This document shows positions 17,340-25,543 of a stretch of DNA of 38,554 nt, one piece after another; the stretch's first letter is position 1; every line of letters starts with the position of its first letter. The translations under genes were made by a program, and so were the position numbers. Source of the DNA: an uncultured Planctomycetaceae bacterium. GTDB taxonomy: Bacteria; Planctomycetota; Phycisphaerae; Phycisphaerales; Zrk34. Below the pieces are notes generated by a model that was not told the DNA's origin, made no database searches, and was given only the letters and a program-made list of their open reading frames with translations. Location of the stretch: contig CAYFQS010000001.1 in assembly GCA_964345245.1 (NCBI GenBank), positions 1 to 38,554 on the forward strand, given 5' to 3'.

Positions 17340-18329
17340 TTAGAACTGCCGCAGGAAACGCACGTCGTTTTCGTAGAACCAGCGGATGTCCTGGATGCCG
17401 TAGCGGGCCATCGCGATCCGCTCGATGCCCATGCCCCAGGCGTAGCCGGTCCACTGTTGCGGATCATAGCCCACCGCCTCGAAGACGTTGGGATCGACCA
17501 TGCCGCAGCCGCCGAGTTCCACCCACTGCCACTCGTTTTTCACCTGCATCTTGATGTCGAGCTCGGCACTCGGCTCGGTGAAGGGGAAGTAGCTCGGCCG
17601 CAGCCGCACCTCCGCCTTCTCGCCGAAGAACGCCTTGGCGAACTGAAACAGCGCCGTCTTCAGGTCGACCATGCTCACGTGGCGGTCGACGTAGAGCCCT
17701 TCGAGCTGGTGGAACATCGACGAATGCGTCGCATCGTGGGTGTCCGGGCGATACACCCGGCCGGGCGCGATCACCCGCAACGGCGGCTGGCGATTCTCCA
17801 TCACGCGAATCTGCACCGTGCTCGTCTGGGTGCGGAGCAGGTGGGTGTCGTCGAGATAGAAATTATCCAGCGGATCGCGGGCCGGGTGCTCCGGCGGGAT
17901 GTTCAGGTCGACGAAGTTGTGCCGTTCGTCCTCGATCTCCGGACCTTCGACGACCTCGAATCCCATGCGGGCGAAGACCTCGATGAGCTCGTCGATCACC
18001 TGGGTGATCACGTGCTGGCGACCGAGACGGGGCGGCAGGCCGGGCTCGGTCACGTCGAGCTGCGGTCCCGCGGCTTCTGCCTTCGCATCACCGAGGGCGG
18101 CCTTCTTCTGCTCGTATCCGGCCTGGAGCTTGTCCTTCAGCGCGTTGAGCCCCTGTCCGAGCTTGGGCTTATCCTCCTTCGGCGCTTCCTTGAGCCAGGA
18201 CATCGCGTCCTTCAGCCGGCCTTTGCCGCCGAGGTACTCGATGCGGAACTGCTCCAGTTCCGCCGCATCGTCGACGTCCGCCAGCGCCGCGGTGGCCTGT
18301 TCTTCAAGCTGTTGCAACCGCTCAAGCAT
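17340..18329 (-). CDS. pheS: Phenylalanine--tRNA ligase alpha subunit
   Basis: Motifs HPARDPLDNFY, VIAPGRVYRPD..DATHSSMFHQLEGL, SYFPFTEPSAE and GCGMVDPNV...GYAWGMGIERIAM. Confidence 0.95.
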   Translation of the reverse strand: MLERLQQLEEQATAALADVDDAAELEQFRIEYLGGKGRLKDAMSWLKEAPKEDKPKLGQGLNALKDKLQAGYEQKKAALGDAKAEAAGPQLDVTEPGLPPRLGRQHVITQVIDELIEVFARMGFEVVEGPEIEDERHNFVDLNIPPEHPARDPLDNFYLDDTHLLRTQTSTVQIRVMENRQPPLRVIAPGRVYRPDTHDATHSSMFHQLEGLYVDRHVSMVDLKTALFQFAKAFFGEKAEVRLRPSYFPFTEPSAELDIKMQVKNEWQWVELGGCGMVDPNVFEAVGYDPQQWTGYAWGMGIERIAMARYGIQDIRWFYENDVRFLRQF

Positions 18330-18338
18330 AGGCGGGAC

Positions 18339-18344
18339 AGGATA
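18339..18344 (-). promoter_or_regulatory. -10-like hexamer TATCCT, 9 nt upstream of the pheS ATG
   Basis: Minus strand reads gatgatTATCCTgtcccgcctATG. There is no SD, and the spacer is C-rich like the other candidates. Confidence 0.3.
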
Positions 18345-18421
18345 ATCATCCGTGTTCGATCACGCCAGCGGGTCGCGCGAAGCGCCAAGCGGTGGTGGAG
18401 ACCTGCATGGAAGCCGGACGC

Positions 18422-20113
18422 TCACTTCTTGCGGGTGAGGATGATCGCGACGTCGATGGTGAGGGGTTCTTCGAGGCGGTCGAAGTTGGCGCCCTCGGCG
18501 GTCCATTTATAGAGCGAGGAAAGGACCGGGCCGTCGATGTTGGGGTAGCTGCTGGAGCGGGTGAGTTCCGCTTTGATGACCTTGCCCGTGCGATGGTCGA
18601 ATGTGATCCGGGCCTTGGGGTTGACGGGCACGGCGGTCATGCGGGCGATCACGCTGAAGCGGGCGGCGACGGTGTTGATCCTTACGCCGGCGGCGGCGAT
18701 CACCTCGCCGGGCTGCACCTCGAGGCCGGTGAGTTCGCTCACCGGCGGGGCCTCGCGCTCGTCGCGCGGCGCCGCCGTCGGGTCCGACGGCCGCTGGGGC
18801 TGCGGCTCGCTCGCCTCCGCGGGAGGCGATTCGCTCGACGCCGACTCCGTCGGCGTCGGAGGCGACGACGGCGGACGCTGTGCTTCCGGCGCTTCCTGCT
18901 CCGCCTCCGGCGGGGCTTCGGCATCAGTCACGACCGTGTTCGCCACCCGTTGCGCCCGAGAGCGCTCATCGACCTCGCTGGCCTTCTCCGGGGCCGGGGA
19001 AGCTGCGTCGGCCTCCGGCGCCACCGGCGGCGCATCGGCGCCGTCGATGTCGCCTTCGCGGGATTCCGGATTGCGCTCGACTGCCTCAATCGGAAGTGAT
19101 GCGATGGCGTCGTCGGCTTCCGACAGATCGACGAGCGAATCCGCCGCCGCGAGCGGCAGATCGGCCGCCGGGGTCCGCGAGTTCGACTCGCCGATGACCA
19201 TGGAATCGGCCGCCGCCTCCAGTCGGGCCTCGCCTTCGGCCACCTCGGTCGATGGCGGCGCCGCCGCTTCCGCGGCGTCCGGTTCCGCCGGCGTTTCCGG
19301 CGCCGGCGGCATGGGCGGGGTCGCCGGCTTCCGGGATGACTCGTTCGGCGGGGTCGGACGAGCCGCCTTCGCCGCCGTCGGCTGCGGCGGCGTCGGATCC
19401 TGCGGCGCCTGCCGGGCCGCGGGGTCCGGCTCCGCCTGCTGCTGCACGACCGGCTGATCGAACTCCGTCTCCGTCGTGGCAATCAGCTTCCGGTAGTCCT
19501 CGTAGCTGATGAAGTTCATCGCCAGCTCCCGGGGCGCCTCCTGGCCGAGCGGGACCTCCGTGCTCGAGTCGCCTTGCCACCGCCAGCGTCGGGTCATTGT
19601 GTTGTTCGTTTCATCGCGCTCGGCAACGGCGTCGTCCGGATCGATCACCGCGACGACCTCGTGCGTCCCCGGTTGGCCGACCATGAGCTCAAACTCGAAG
19701 CCGCGCCACGTCCCGCCGAGGAGGGGACGGTCGAGGGCGGCAAGCTCGACCGGCTTGCCGTCGAGGGTGATCGCCAGATGCGTATCGGCGCCGGCCGTGT
19801 CGCCGCGATTGGCTACGCGCACCGCGAGGCGGGTCGGCCGACCGGCGATACGGGGCTCGGACGTCTGCATGCTCAGGACGACCAGGTCCGGCGGCGTCCC
19901 GTCCGGCAACTCGATTTCTTCCGGCTCTTCCGGGAACTCGGGTTCCGTGGTTTCCTCGGCATCCGCCGGCTTGGGCTGCTCGACCGGCGACGTCCAGGAC
20001 GATTCATCCGGGCGCACGTGCCAGACCACCAGCCCGGCCCCGGCGGCGAGGTGGGCCACCAGCGACAGCACGAGCCCGAGGGCGAGCGGGATGATCAGTT
20101 CGCGGTCAAGCAT
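18422..20113 (-). CDS. TonB-family protein with an inserted CARDB-like domain and a long Pro/Ala/Glu-rich linker
   Basis: The N-terminal TM carries the TonB SxxxH signature (LSLVAH). Residues ~75-175 fit the CARDB pattern (DLVVLS..P.IAGRPTRLAVRVANRGDTAG...DG...GTHEVVAVIDPDDAVAERDETNN). The linker is proline-rich. The C-terminal ~90 aa resemble a TonB C-terminal domain. Confidence 0.75.
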   Translation of the reverse strand: MLDRELIIPLALGLVLSLVAHLAAGAGLVVWHVRPDESSWTSPVEQPKPADAEETTEPEFPEEPEEIELPDGTPPDLVVLSMQTSEPRIAGRPTRLAVRVANRGDTAGADTHLAITLDGKPVELAALDRPLLGGTWRGFEFELMVGQPGTHEVVAVIDPDDAVAERDETNNTMTRRWRWQGDSSTEVPLGQEAPRELAMNFISYEDYRKLIATTETEFDQPVVQQQAEPDPAARQAPQDPTPPQPTAAKAARPTPPNESSRKPATPPMPPAPETPAEPDAAEAAAPPSTEVAEGEARLEAAADSMVIGESNSRTPAADLPLAAADSLVDLSEADDAIASLPIEAVERNPESREGDIDGADAPPVAPEADAASPAPEKASEVDERSRAQRVANTVVTDAEAPPEAEQEAPEAQRPPSSPPTPTESASSESPPAEASEPQPQRPSDPTAAPRDEREAPPVSELTGLEVQPGEVIAAAGVRINTVAARFSVIARMTAVPVNPKARITFDHRTGKVIKAELTRSSSYPNIDGPVLSSLYKWTAEGANFDRLEEPLTIDVAIILTRKK

Positions 20114-20121
20114 TCCGGGTT

Positions 20122-20127
20122 ATGCTA
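20122..20127 (-). promoter_or_regulatory. -10-like hexamer TAGCAT, 8 nt upstream of the TonB-like ATG
   Basis: Minus strand reads gcgTAGCATaacccggaATG, with no SD. It shares the 56-nt divergent spacer with the sfsA-side element. Confidence 0.35.
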
Positions 20128-20156
20128 CGCCGCCCCCCGCGCCGGTCCAAGCCGGC

Positions 20157-20162
20157 TACACT
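20157..20162 (+). promoter_or_regulatory. -10-like hexamer TACACT, 7 nt upstream of ATG 20170
   Basis: Reads ggcTACACTgcccgccATG, with no SD. Confidence 0.4.
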
Positions 20163-20169
20163 GCCCGCC

Positions 20170-21333
20170 ATGCGGATGACCGCCGGGCCCATCGTGGAAG
20201 CGCGTTTTCTCGAACGGCCCAATCGATTCATCGTGCGGGCCGAGGTCGCCGGCGTCGGCCGGGTGCGGGCGTTCCTGGCCAATCCCGGTCGGCTGCACGA
20301 ACTGCTGCTGCCCGGCGTGAAGCTGTGGTTGAGCGACGAGCGCGGCGTGCCGGGGCGGTCCAGTGCCATCGTTCCGCCGCGAAAGACCAAGTGGACCGTG
20401 CAGGCGGTGCAGCGCGACGACCGGCCGATCTGCCTCAACACCCACCGCGCCAACGACGTGGCGGCAACGGTCATCGACCGCGACCGGGTTCCCGCCTTCG
20501 CCGGGGCGAAGGTGGTCGACCGCGAGGTTCGCGTCGGTTCCAGCCGCTTCGACCTGCTCGTCGACCACGAAGGCCGCGACGTGCTCGTCGAGGTCAAGTC
20601 GGTCACGCTCTACGGCAACGGCGTGGCGATGTTTCCCGATGCGGTGACCGAGCGAGGCCGGCGACATCTCGAACAGCTCGCCGAACTCGCCGATGCCGGT
20701 CGCCCCACCGCGGTGCTGTTCATCATTCACACCCCGGACGTGCGATGGTTCATGCCGGACTACCACACCGATCTCGGCCTCGCCCGGACGTTGATCGACG
20801 TGCGGCACCGTCTGGCTATCCACGCGGTCGCAGTGAACTGGCGGGAGGACCTGTGTCTCGGGTCGACGTGCCGGCCGCTCGAGATTCCCTGGGACTTACT
20901 CGACCGCGAGGTGCGGGACGCCGGCGGCTACGTCTTGCTGCTCCGCCTGAAGCGTCGCCGACGGGTGGCGGTGGGCGAACTGGGCCGGATTCCTTTCGAG
21001 CCCGGCCATTATCTTTACGCCGGCTCGGCCATGCGGGGGCTGACGCGGCGCGTCGAGCGCCACCTTCGCCGGCGGAAGAAGATGCGCTGGCACATCGATT
21101 ACCTCCGGGATGTGGCGGACGACGTGAAGGCCCTGCCGATCCGCAGTTCACGCCGCAACGAACCCGCGATCGTGGAGGCGATGTCGCGCATCGCCCGGCC
21201 GGCGGCCCCGGGGTTCGGGGCGTCGGACTCGCCGCACCTGACGCATCTGTTCCATCGCCCCGACTCCCCGCTGGACGACCCGGCGTTTCACCGCGAACTG
21301 CAGACGCTGCGAATGCGCCATCCGGGCGGATGA
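20170..21333 (+). CDS. sfsA: SfsA-like protein fused to a C-terminal DUF123 (GIY-YIG-superfamily) domain
   Basis: The N-terminal ~240 aa look like SfsA: FLERPNRFIV, SRFDLLVDHEGRDVLVEVKSVTL, FPDAVTERGRRHL. The C-terminal region has the DUF123 signature GHYLYAGSAMRGLTRRVERHLRRRKKMRWHIDYL. Start is taken at ATG 20170 (MRMTAGP). Confidence 0.85.
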   Translation: MRMTAGPIVEARFLERPNRFIVRAEVAGVGRVRAFLANPGRLHELLLPGVKLWLSDERGVPGRSSAIVPPRKTKWTVQAVQRDDRPICLNTHRANDVAATVIDRDRVPAFAGAKVVDREVRVGSSRFDLLVDHEGRDVLVEVKSVTLYGNGVAMFPDAVTERGRRHLEQLAELADAGRPTAVLFIIHTPDVRWFMPDYHTDLGLARTLIDVRHRLAIHAVAVNWREDLCLGSTCRPLEIPWDLLDREVRDAGGYVLLLRLKRRRRVAVGELGRIPFEPGHYLYAGSAMRGLTRRVERHLRRRKKMRWHIDYLRDVADDVKALPIRSSRRNEPAIVEAMSRIARPAAPGFGASDSPHLTHLFHRPDSPLDDPAFHRELQTLRMRHPGG

Positions 21334-21340
21334 TGGATCC

Positions 21341-21372
21341 GGCGATTTGGTGATCTGGTGATCTGGCGATCT
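21341..21372 (+). repeat. Four tandem octamers GG(C/T)GAT(T/C)T
   Basis: Reads ggcgattt ggtgatct ggtgatct ggcgatct. It starts 8 nt after the sfsA-fusion stop and lies ~100 nt upstream of the URO-D-family start. Confidence 0.8.
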
Positions 21373-21457
21373 TCCGAGGTGCTGCGCCCCTGCGGGGCTT
21401 CGCAGTCCGTGACGGGGGTTTTGTTCCCGTTTCCCTTCGTCGCTTCCACATATCCCG

Positions 21458-21463
21458 TATCAT
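21458..21463 (+). promoter_or_regulatory. -10-like hexamer TATCAT, 7 nt upstream of ATG 21471
   Basis: Reads ccgTATCATccccgccATG, with no SD. Confidence 0.4.
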
Positions 21464-21470
21464 CCCCGCC

Positions 21471-22517
21471 ATGAATCCACGAGAGCGTGTCCTGACGGCC
21501 ATCGACCACCGCGAGCCCGATCGCGTGCCGATCGGGTTCGACGCCCACGAACCACTCGCCCGCAAGATGATGGATCACTTCGGCGTGGACAGTCGACTCG
21601 CGTTGTACGACGCGATGGGCATCGACGGGTTTTCGGTGTTCACCGACTCCTACGTGTTTCCGAAGTACGTCGGCCCGCCGCCGATTGAACTGCCCGATGG
21701 CACGAAGACCGATTTCTTCGGCATCCGGCAGCAGCACCACGAGCCGCTGAAGTTTGCCGAGACGATCGAGGACCTCGACCGCTACCGCTGGCCGACCGCC
21801 GACTGGTTCGAGTACGACGACATCCGTGAGCGTTGTCTGACAATCAAGCAGGAACACGAGCGGGTCACCGTCGGCGGCGAAGGCGGCTGCGGAATTCAAC
21901 ACGCGATCAACCTCCGCGGCTACGAGATCGCCCTGATGGACCCGGCCCTCGATCCGGAGTTCACCGACGCCTGCATGCGGCGGATGAGCGACTTTTTCGT
22001 CGAGTGGAACGAACGCTGGCTCGGGGCGGCGGCAGGCGAGTTCGACATCTTTCGCTGTGGCGACGACATGGGCAATCAGCTCACCATGCACTGCTCGCCG
22101 GCGATGTGGCGGCGGTTCTACAAGCCGCGCCTCGCCCGCGTGTTCGCCGTGGCGAAGAAGCACGGGCTGAAGATCTGGTTCCACTGTTGCGGGTGTTGCC
22201 GACCGGTGCTCGACGACCTGATCGAGATCGGCGTGGACCTGTGGGATCCCGTGCCGCACTACGTCGCGGGCAACGACCAGGCGGAGCTCAAGCAGCGCTA
22301 CGGCGACGTGCTCACGTTCGTGGGCGGCGTCGACCAGCCGCACGTGCTCGTCCAGGGCACGCCGGCCGAGGTGCGGGACGAGGTCAAGCGCCGCATCGAC
22401 CTGCTCGCCCCCGGCGGCGGGTTCATCCTCGCCGGTTCCCAGGTGCTCAGCGAAGACGTGCCATTGGAGAACGCGCTGGCGATGTACGAGGCGGCGGTGG
22501 AGTTCGGGGAATACTGA
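21471..22517 (+). CDS. Uroporphyrinogen-decarboxylase (URO-D) family protein, methyltransferase-like subgroup
   Basis: 348 aa. The N-terminus is RERVLTAIDHREPDRVPIGF. The C-terminal half reads FRCGDDMGNQ...WFHCCG...VGGVDQPHVLVQGTPAEV...GGGFILAGSQ, typical of URO-D/MtaA-like TIM barrels. Confidence 0.8.
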   Translation: MNPRERVLTAIDHREPDRVPIGFDAHEPLARKMMDHFGVDSRLALYDAMGIDGFSVFTDSYVFPKYVGPPPIELPDGTKTDFFGIRQQHHEPLKFAETIEDLDRYRWPTADWFEYDDIRERCLTIKQEHERVTVGGEGGCGIQHAINLRGYEIALMDPALDPEFTDACMRRMSDFFVEWNERWLGAAAGEFDIFRCGDDMGNQLTMHCSPAMWRRFYKPRLARVFAVAKKHGLKIWFHCCGCCRPVLDDLIEIGVDLWDPVPHYVAGNDQAELKQRYGDVLTFVGGVDQPHVLVQGTPAEVRDEVKRRIDLLAPGGGFILAGSQVLSEDVPLENALAMYEAAVEFGEY

Positions 22518-22652
22518 GGGCAGAGCGAGGCAGGCAAGCGGGACCAAGCCCGGTCATGGATTGCGACGCCCCACGGAGCATGGACCGGGGGAGCGGATGA
22601 GGGGTGGCACGGTCGGACTCGTAGCGCAGTGGAGAGCCGGCCGTGCATTCTC

Positions 22653-22681
22653 GGCGCGCCTCGCTGACGCGAGGCCGCGCC
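22653..22681. other. Strong GC hairpin (12 bp with a one-base bulge, tgac loop) in the 280-nt spacer after the URO-D-family gene
   Basis: Reads GGCGCGCCTCGC-tgac-GCGAGGC(c)GCGCC, read directly, with no U-run. It could be a factor-dependent or atypical terminator. Confidence 0.5.
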
Positions 22682-22799
22682 GAAGTAGAAGCCCCACGCG
22701 TTCGGCACGGCCGGCCCTCCGCCGCTACATCGCTCCCCGCTTCTGGTACCATGGCGCGTTTGCCGTGCGGCGAGTGTACACCCTCAGGGAGCGGCGGGC

Positions 22800-24737
22800 G
22801 TGAACGCGGATTCCGAGCACGACAAGCCAATGAGCGACGGTCGACGCCGGCGTCCCGAGACCCCGACGGAGGCGATGGACGCCGGTGCGGACTCGGCCCC
22901 GAAATCGCCGGCGCCGGGATCGGCTGCGAAGCGACGGATGGCGCCCGACGCCCCGCCCCGCCGCGTGATCATTCCGCCGGATCCGCACGATCGGCTGCGG
23001 ATGTGGACGATGCTGCTCATGTCGCTGCTCGTCTGCCTGCCGCCGATGTTGCTGGAGCTTGACCGCCCCGACGTGACGCGCCCGGAGGAACAACGCCTGT
23101 TGCTGGTGAGCCAGCAGACGTGGCGGCACGATCACGCCCAGCGGGCGGAGCAGGGCCGCGCCGCGTGGATCGTGCCCGTGTACAACGGGACCGAGCGGGT
23201 GGACAAGCCGCCCATGGCGGTGTGGCTGAACCTTGCCGCGTGGTGGGACCTCGAACCGCAGACGGCGTCGGCGAGCGAACTGGCCTGGCGGGCCCGACTG
23301 GTCGGGCTGGGCATGATCGTGCTGGCGCTGGCCTCGGTGTTCTGGGCGGGGGTGAGCGTGGGCGACCTGCGGGTCGCGACCCTGGCCACCCTTGCCGCGG
23401 GCACCACGCTGCTGCTGGTGCATCACGGCCGACTGGCCGGGCCGCACGCGCAGGTGGTCGGCTGGCTGACCCTCGCCGTCGCCGCCGGGCTCTGGGCCAT
23501 GCGCCCCCTCAAGGCGGTGAACTGGTTCTGGCGCGGGGCGATCGGCTGGACCAGCGCCGGGATCGGCATCGGCGCCGCCATCCTTACCCGCGGGGCGCCC
23601 ATGATCGGCCTCGTCGCCGGGCCCCTGCTGCTCGTGATCTTCCTCACCCGTCATCGCCGACTGGGCAATCTCTTCGGCCTGCTGTTCGCGGTGATCCTCG
23701 GCATTCTGCTCGCCGCCCCGTGGCACCTGCACGTATTCAGCAAAGACGCCGACCTGCTCGATCGCCTGCTGCTCGTCGAGCAGACGTGGGGCGCGTCGTT
23801 GGGCGACCTGTGGTACGCGTTGCTGCTGATGTTCCTCGTGCCGTGGGGCGTGTGGATCATCGGCGGACTGATCCAGCCCTTCCGGTGGCAACTTGCGATG
23901 GAGCGTCGGCGGCAGTTGCTGCTGGCGTGGGGGTGGCTGGCGTTTGTGGTGGCGGCGCTGATTTTGCCGGCGAGCGTGCCCGCCGGGCTGCTCGTGACCG
24001 CGGTGCCGCCGGCCGCCCTGCTCGTGGCGCAGGTCTGGGCCGACCATGCCGATCGAGCCAGCGAAGGCCTGCCCTCGCGGGGGGCGTGGATCATGGGCGT
24101 GCCGCACTGGCTGCTGTTGATCGTGGCGTCGGCGGCGTTGCCGGCGTTCATGCTCGGCCAGGCGTGGCTGATCGAGGCCGGCCACCTGCCCTTTGTCCTC
24201 CTGCCGCCTGCCCCCTGGCCGATCGCCATCGCCGTCGGCCTGCTGCTGATCGGGCTCTGCTGGATCGGGCTCCGCTGGCACCTGCAATGGCGGCCCACCA
24301 TGGCCGCGCTCATCACCGTCGTCTGGACACTCGTGGCTTTCTCCTTCGTCTATCACCAGTATGTCCGCAGCGACCTGTGCCGGTACGAGCACAAGACCCA
24401 GGCGATGTGGCTGCGGTCGCGGTTGCCCGACGGCGTGCTCTACCTGGTCGCCGAAGCGCCGAACACCGCCCAGCCGCCCGCCATGGCCCCGACGCCCGGC
24501 TTCCTGTTCTATGCCCGGGCCACCGTGCGGCACATCCAGCCCGAGGAGCTCAAAGCCCTGCCCCAGCATGGGGGCGATCTGTTCGTCGCGGTGCGGCACG
24601 GATCGGCGGCCGTCGAAGCGGTCCGCCGCCTCGGGTTCGAGCCGCTACCGCTCGGCGCCAACACGACGATCGGCGACTACGTGATCTACCACCCCGCCCG
24701 CACCGCGGAGCGAACCGACAGGCCACCGCAATCATGA
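22800..24737 (+). CDS. ArnT/PMT-like GT-C membrane glycosyltransferase (GT83/GT39-like)
   Basis: Polytopic. Has the loop motif PVYNGTERVDKPPMAVWLN, which corresponds to NG.PY..KPPL.YW of ArnT-like enzymes. GTG 22800 has GGGAG 8 nt upstream. The first ~65 residues are disordered-looking, so the start is uncertain. Confidence 0.72.
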   Translation: MNADSEHDKPMSDGRRRRPETPTEAMDAGADSAPKSPAPGSAAKRRMAPDAPPRRVIIPPDPHDRLRMWTMLLMSLLVCLPPMLLELDRPDVTRPEEQRLLLVSQQTWRHDHAQRAEQGRAAWIVPVYNGTERVDKPPMAVWLNLAAWWDLEPQTASASELAWRARLVGLGMIVLALASVFWAGVSVGDLRVATLATLAAGTTLLLVHHGRLAGPHAQVVGWLTLAVAAGLWAMRPLKAVNWFWRGAIGWTSAGIGIGAAILTRGAPMIGLVAGPLLLVIFLTRHRRLGNLFGLLFAVILGILLAAPWHLHVFSKDADLLDRLLLVEQTWGASLGDLWYALLLMFLVPWGVWIIGGLIQPFRWQLAMERRRQLLLAWGWLAFVVAALILPASVPAGLLVTAVPPAALLVAQVWADHADRASEGLPSRGAWIMGVPHWLLLIVASAALPAFMLGQAWLIEAGHLPFVLLPPAPWPIAIAVGLLLIGLCWIGLRWHLQWRPTMAALITVVWTLVAFSFVYHQYVRSDLCRYEHKTQAMWLRSRLPDGVLYLVAEAPNTAQPPAMAPTPGFLFYARATVRHIQPEELKALPQHGGDLFVAVRHGSAAVEAVRRLGFEPLPLGANTTIGDYVIYHPARTAERTDRPPQS

Positions 24738-25543
24738 CCTTCGAGACCCAGCCTTCGAATCCGCAGGCCGGGATGGTCGACCTGTCGATCATCGCCCCGG
24801 CCCACAACGAGCAAGAGAACGTCGACGGGCTCGTGGCCGACGTGCGCGACGCGATGACACCGACGGGCATCCGCTTTGAGATGATCGTGGTGGACGACGG
24901 GTCGACCGACGCCACCGCCGACCGCCTGCGCATGCAGGCGGCCGAGCACGACTGGCTGCGGCTGTTTCGCATGCTCGATACTCCGCCCGGCCGGGGCAAC
25001 GGCCAGTCCGCCGCGTTCCACGCCGGCCTGCGCGAGGCACGGGGCGAGTTGGTCGCCCTCATGGACGCCGACCGGCAGAACGATCCCGCCGACCTGCCCG
25101 CGATGATCGAGAAACTGCACGAGACCAACGCCGACATGGTCCAGGGCGACCGCTCGCACGATCGGCGGGATACGACGATCCGGCAGTGGTCGAGCTGGGT
25201 CGGACGCACGTTCCGTCGAGCCGTGCTCGGCGACACGGTGCGGGACACCGGCTGCTCGCTGCGGGTGTTCAAGCGAAGCGTCGGCCTGCAACTGCCGCTG
25301 CAGTACCGCGGCCTGCACCGCTTTATCCCCGTCTACACCCGCATGCTCGGCGGAAAGGTCGTCGAGATCCCCGCCCATCACCGCCCCCGCACCGCGGGCG
25401 AGGCGAAGTACGGCGTCTGGAACCGCGCGATCCCCGGCCTGATCGACCTGCTCGCCGTGCGATGGATGCGAAGCCGCCTGCGGCCTACCCAATGCGAGGC
25501 GATCGTGACAGAACCATCACGGGAGGGAGAACGTGACGCCTAG
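24734..25543 (+). CDS. GT2-family polyprenyl-phosphate glycosyltransferase (ArnC / Dpm1-like)
   Basis: Motifs LSIIAPAHNEQENV, VVDDGSTDAT, MDADRQNDP, and a C-terminal basic amphipathic end. Its ATG overlaps the ArnT-like stop (ATGA at 24734-24737). Confidence 0.9.
   Translation: MTFETQPSNPQAGMVDLSIIAPAHNEQENVDGLVADVRDAMTPTGIRFEMIVVDDGSTDATADRLRMQAAEHDWLRLFRMLDTPPGRGNGQSAAFHAGLREARGELVALMDADRQNDPADLPAMIEKLHETNADMVQGDRSHDRRDTTIRQWSSWVGRTFRRAVLGDTVRDTGCSLRVFKRSVGLQLPLQYRGLHRFIPVYTRMLGGKVVEIPAHHRPRTAGEAKYGVWNRAIPGLIDLLAVRWMRSRLRPTQCEAIVTEPSREGERDA

Noticed and set aside
22611-22690. A tRNA-like D-loop string (tcgtagcgcagtggagagc) in the spacer after the URO-D-family gene.
   Set aside because: I could not fold a cloverleaf. 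No 7-bp acceptor pairing, the candidate anticodon stem leaves an 8-nt loop, there is no TTCRA T-loop, and the following hairpin has a 7-12-bp stem with a 4-nt loop. It is probably just a GC hairpin.
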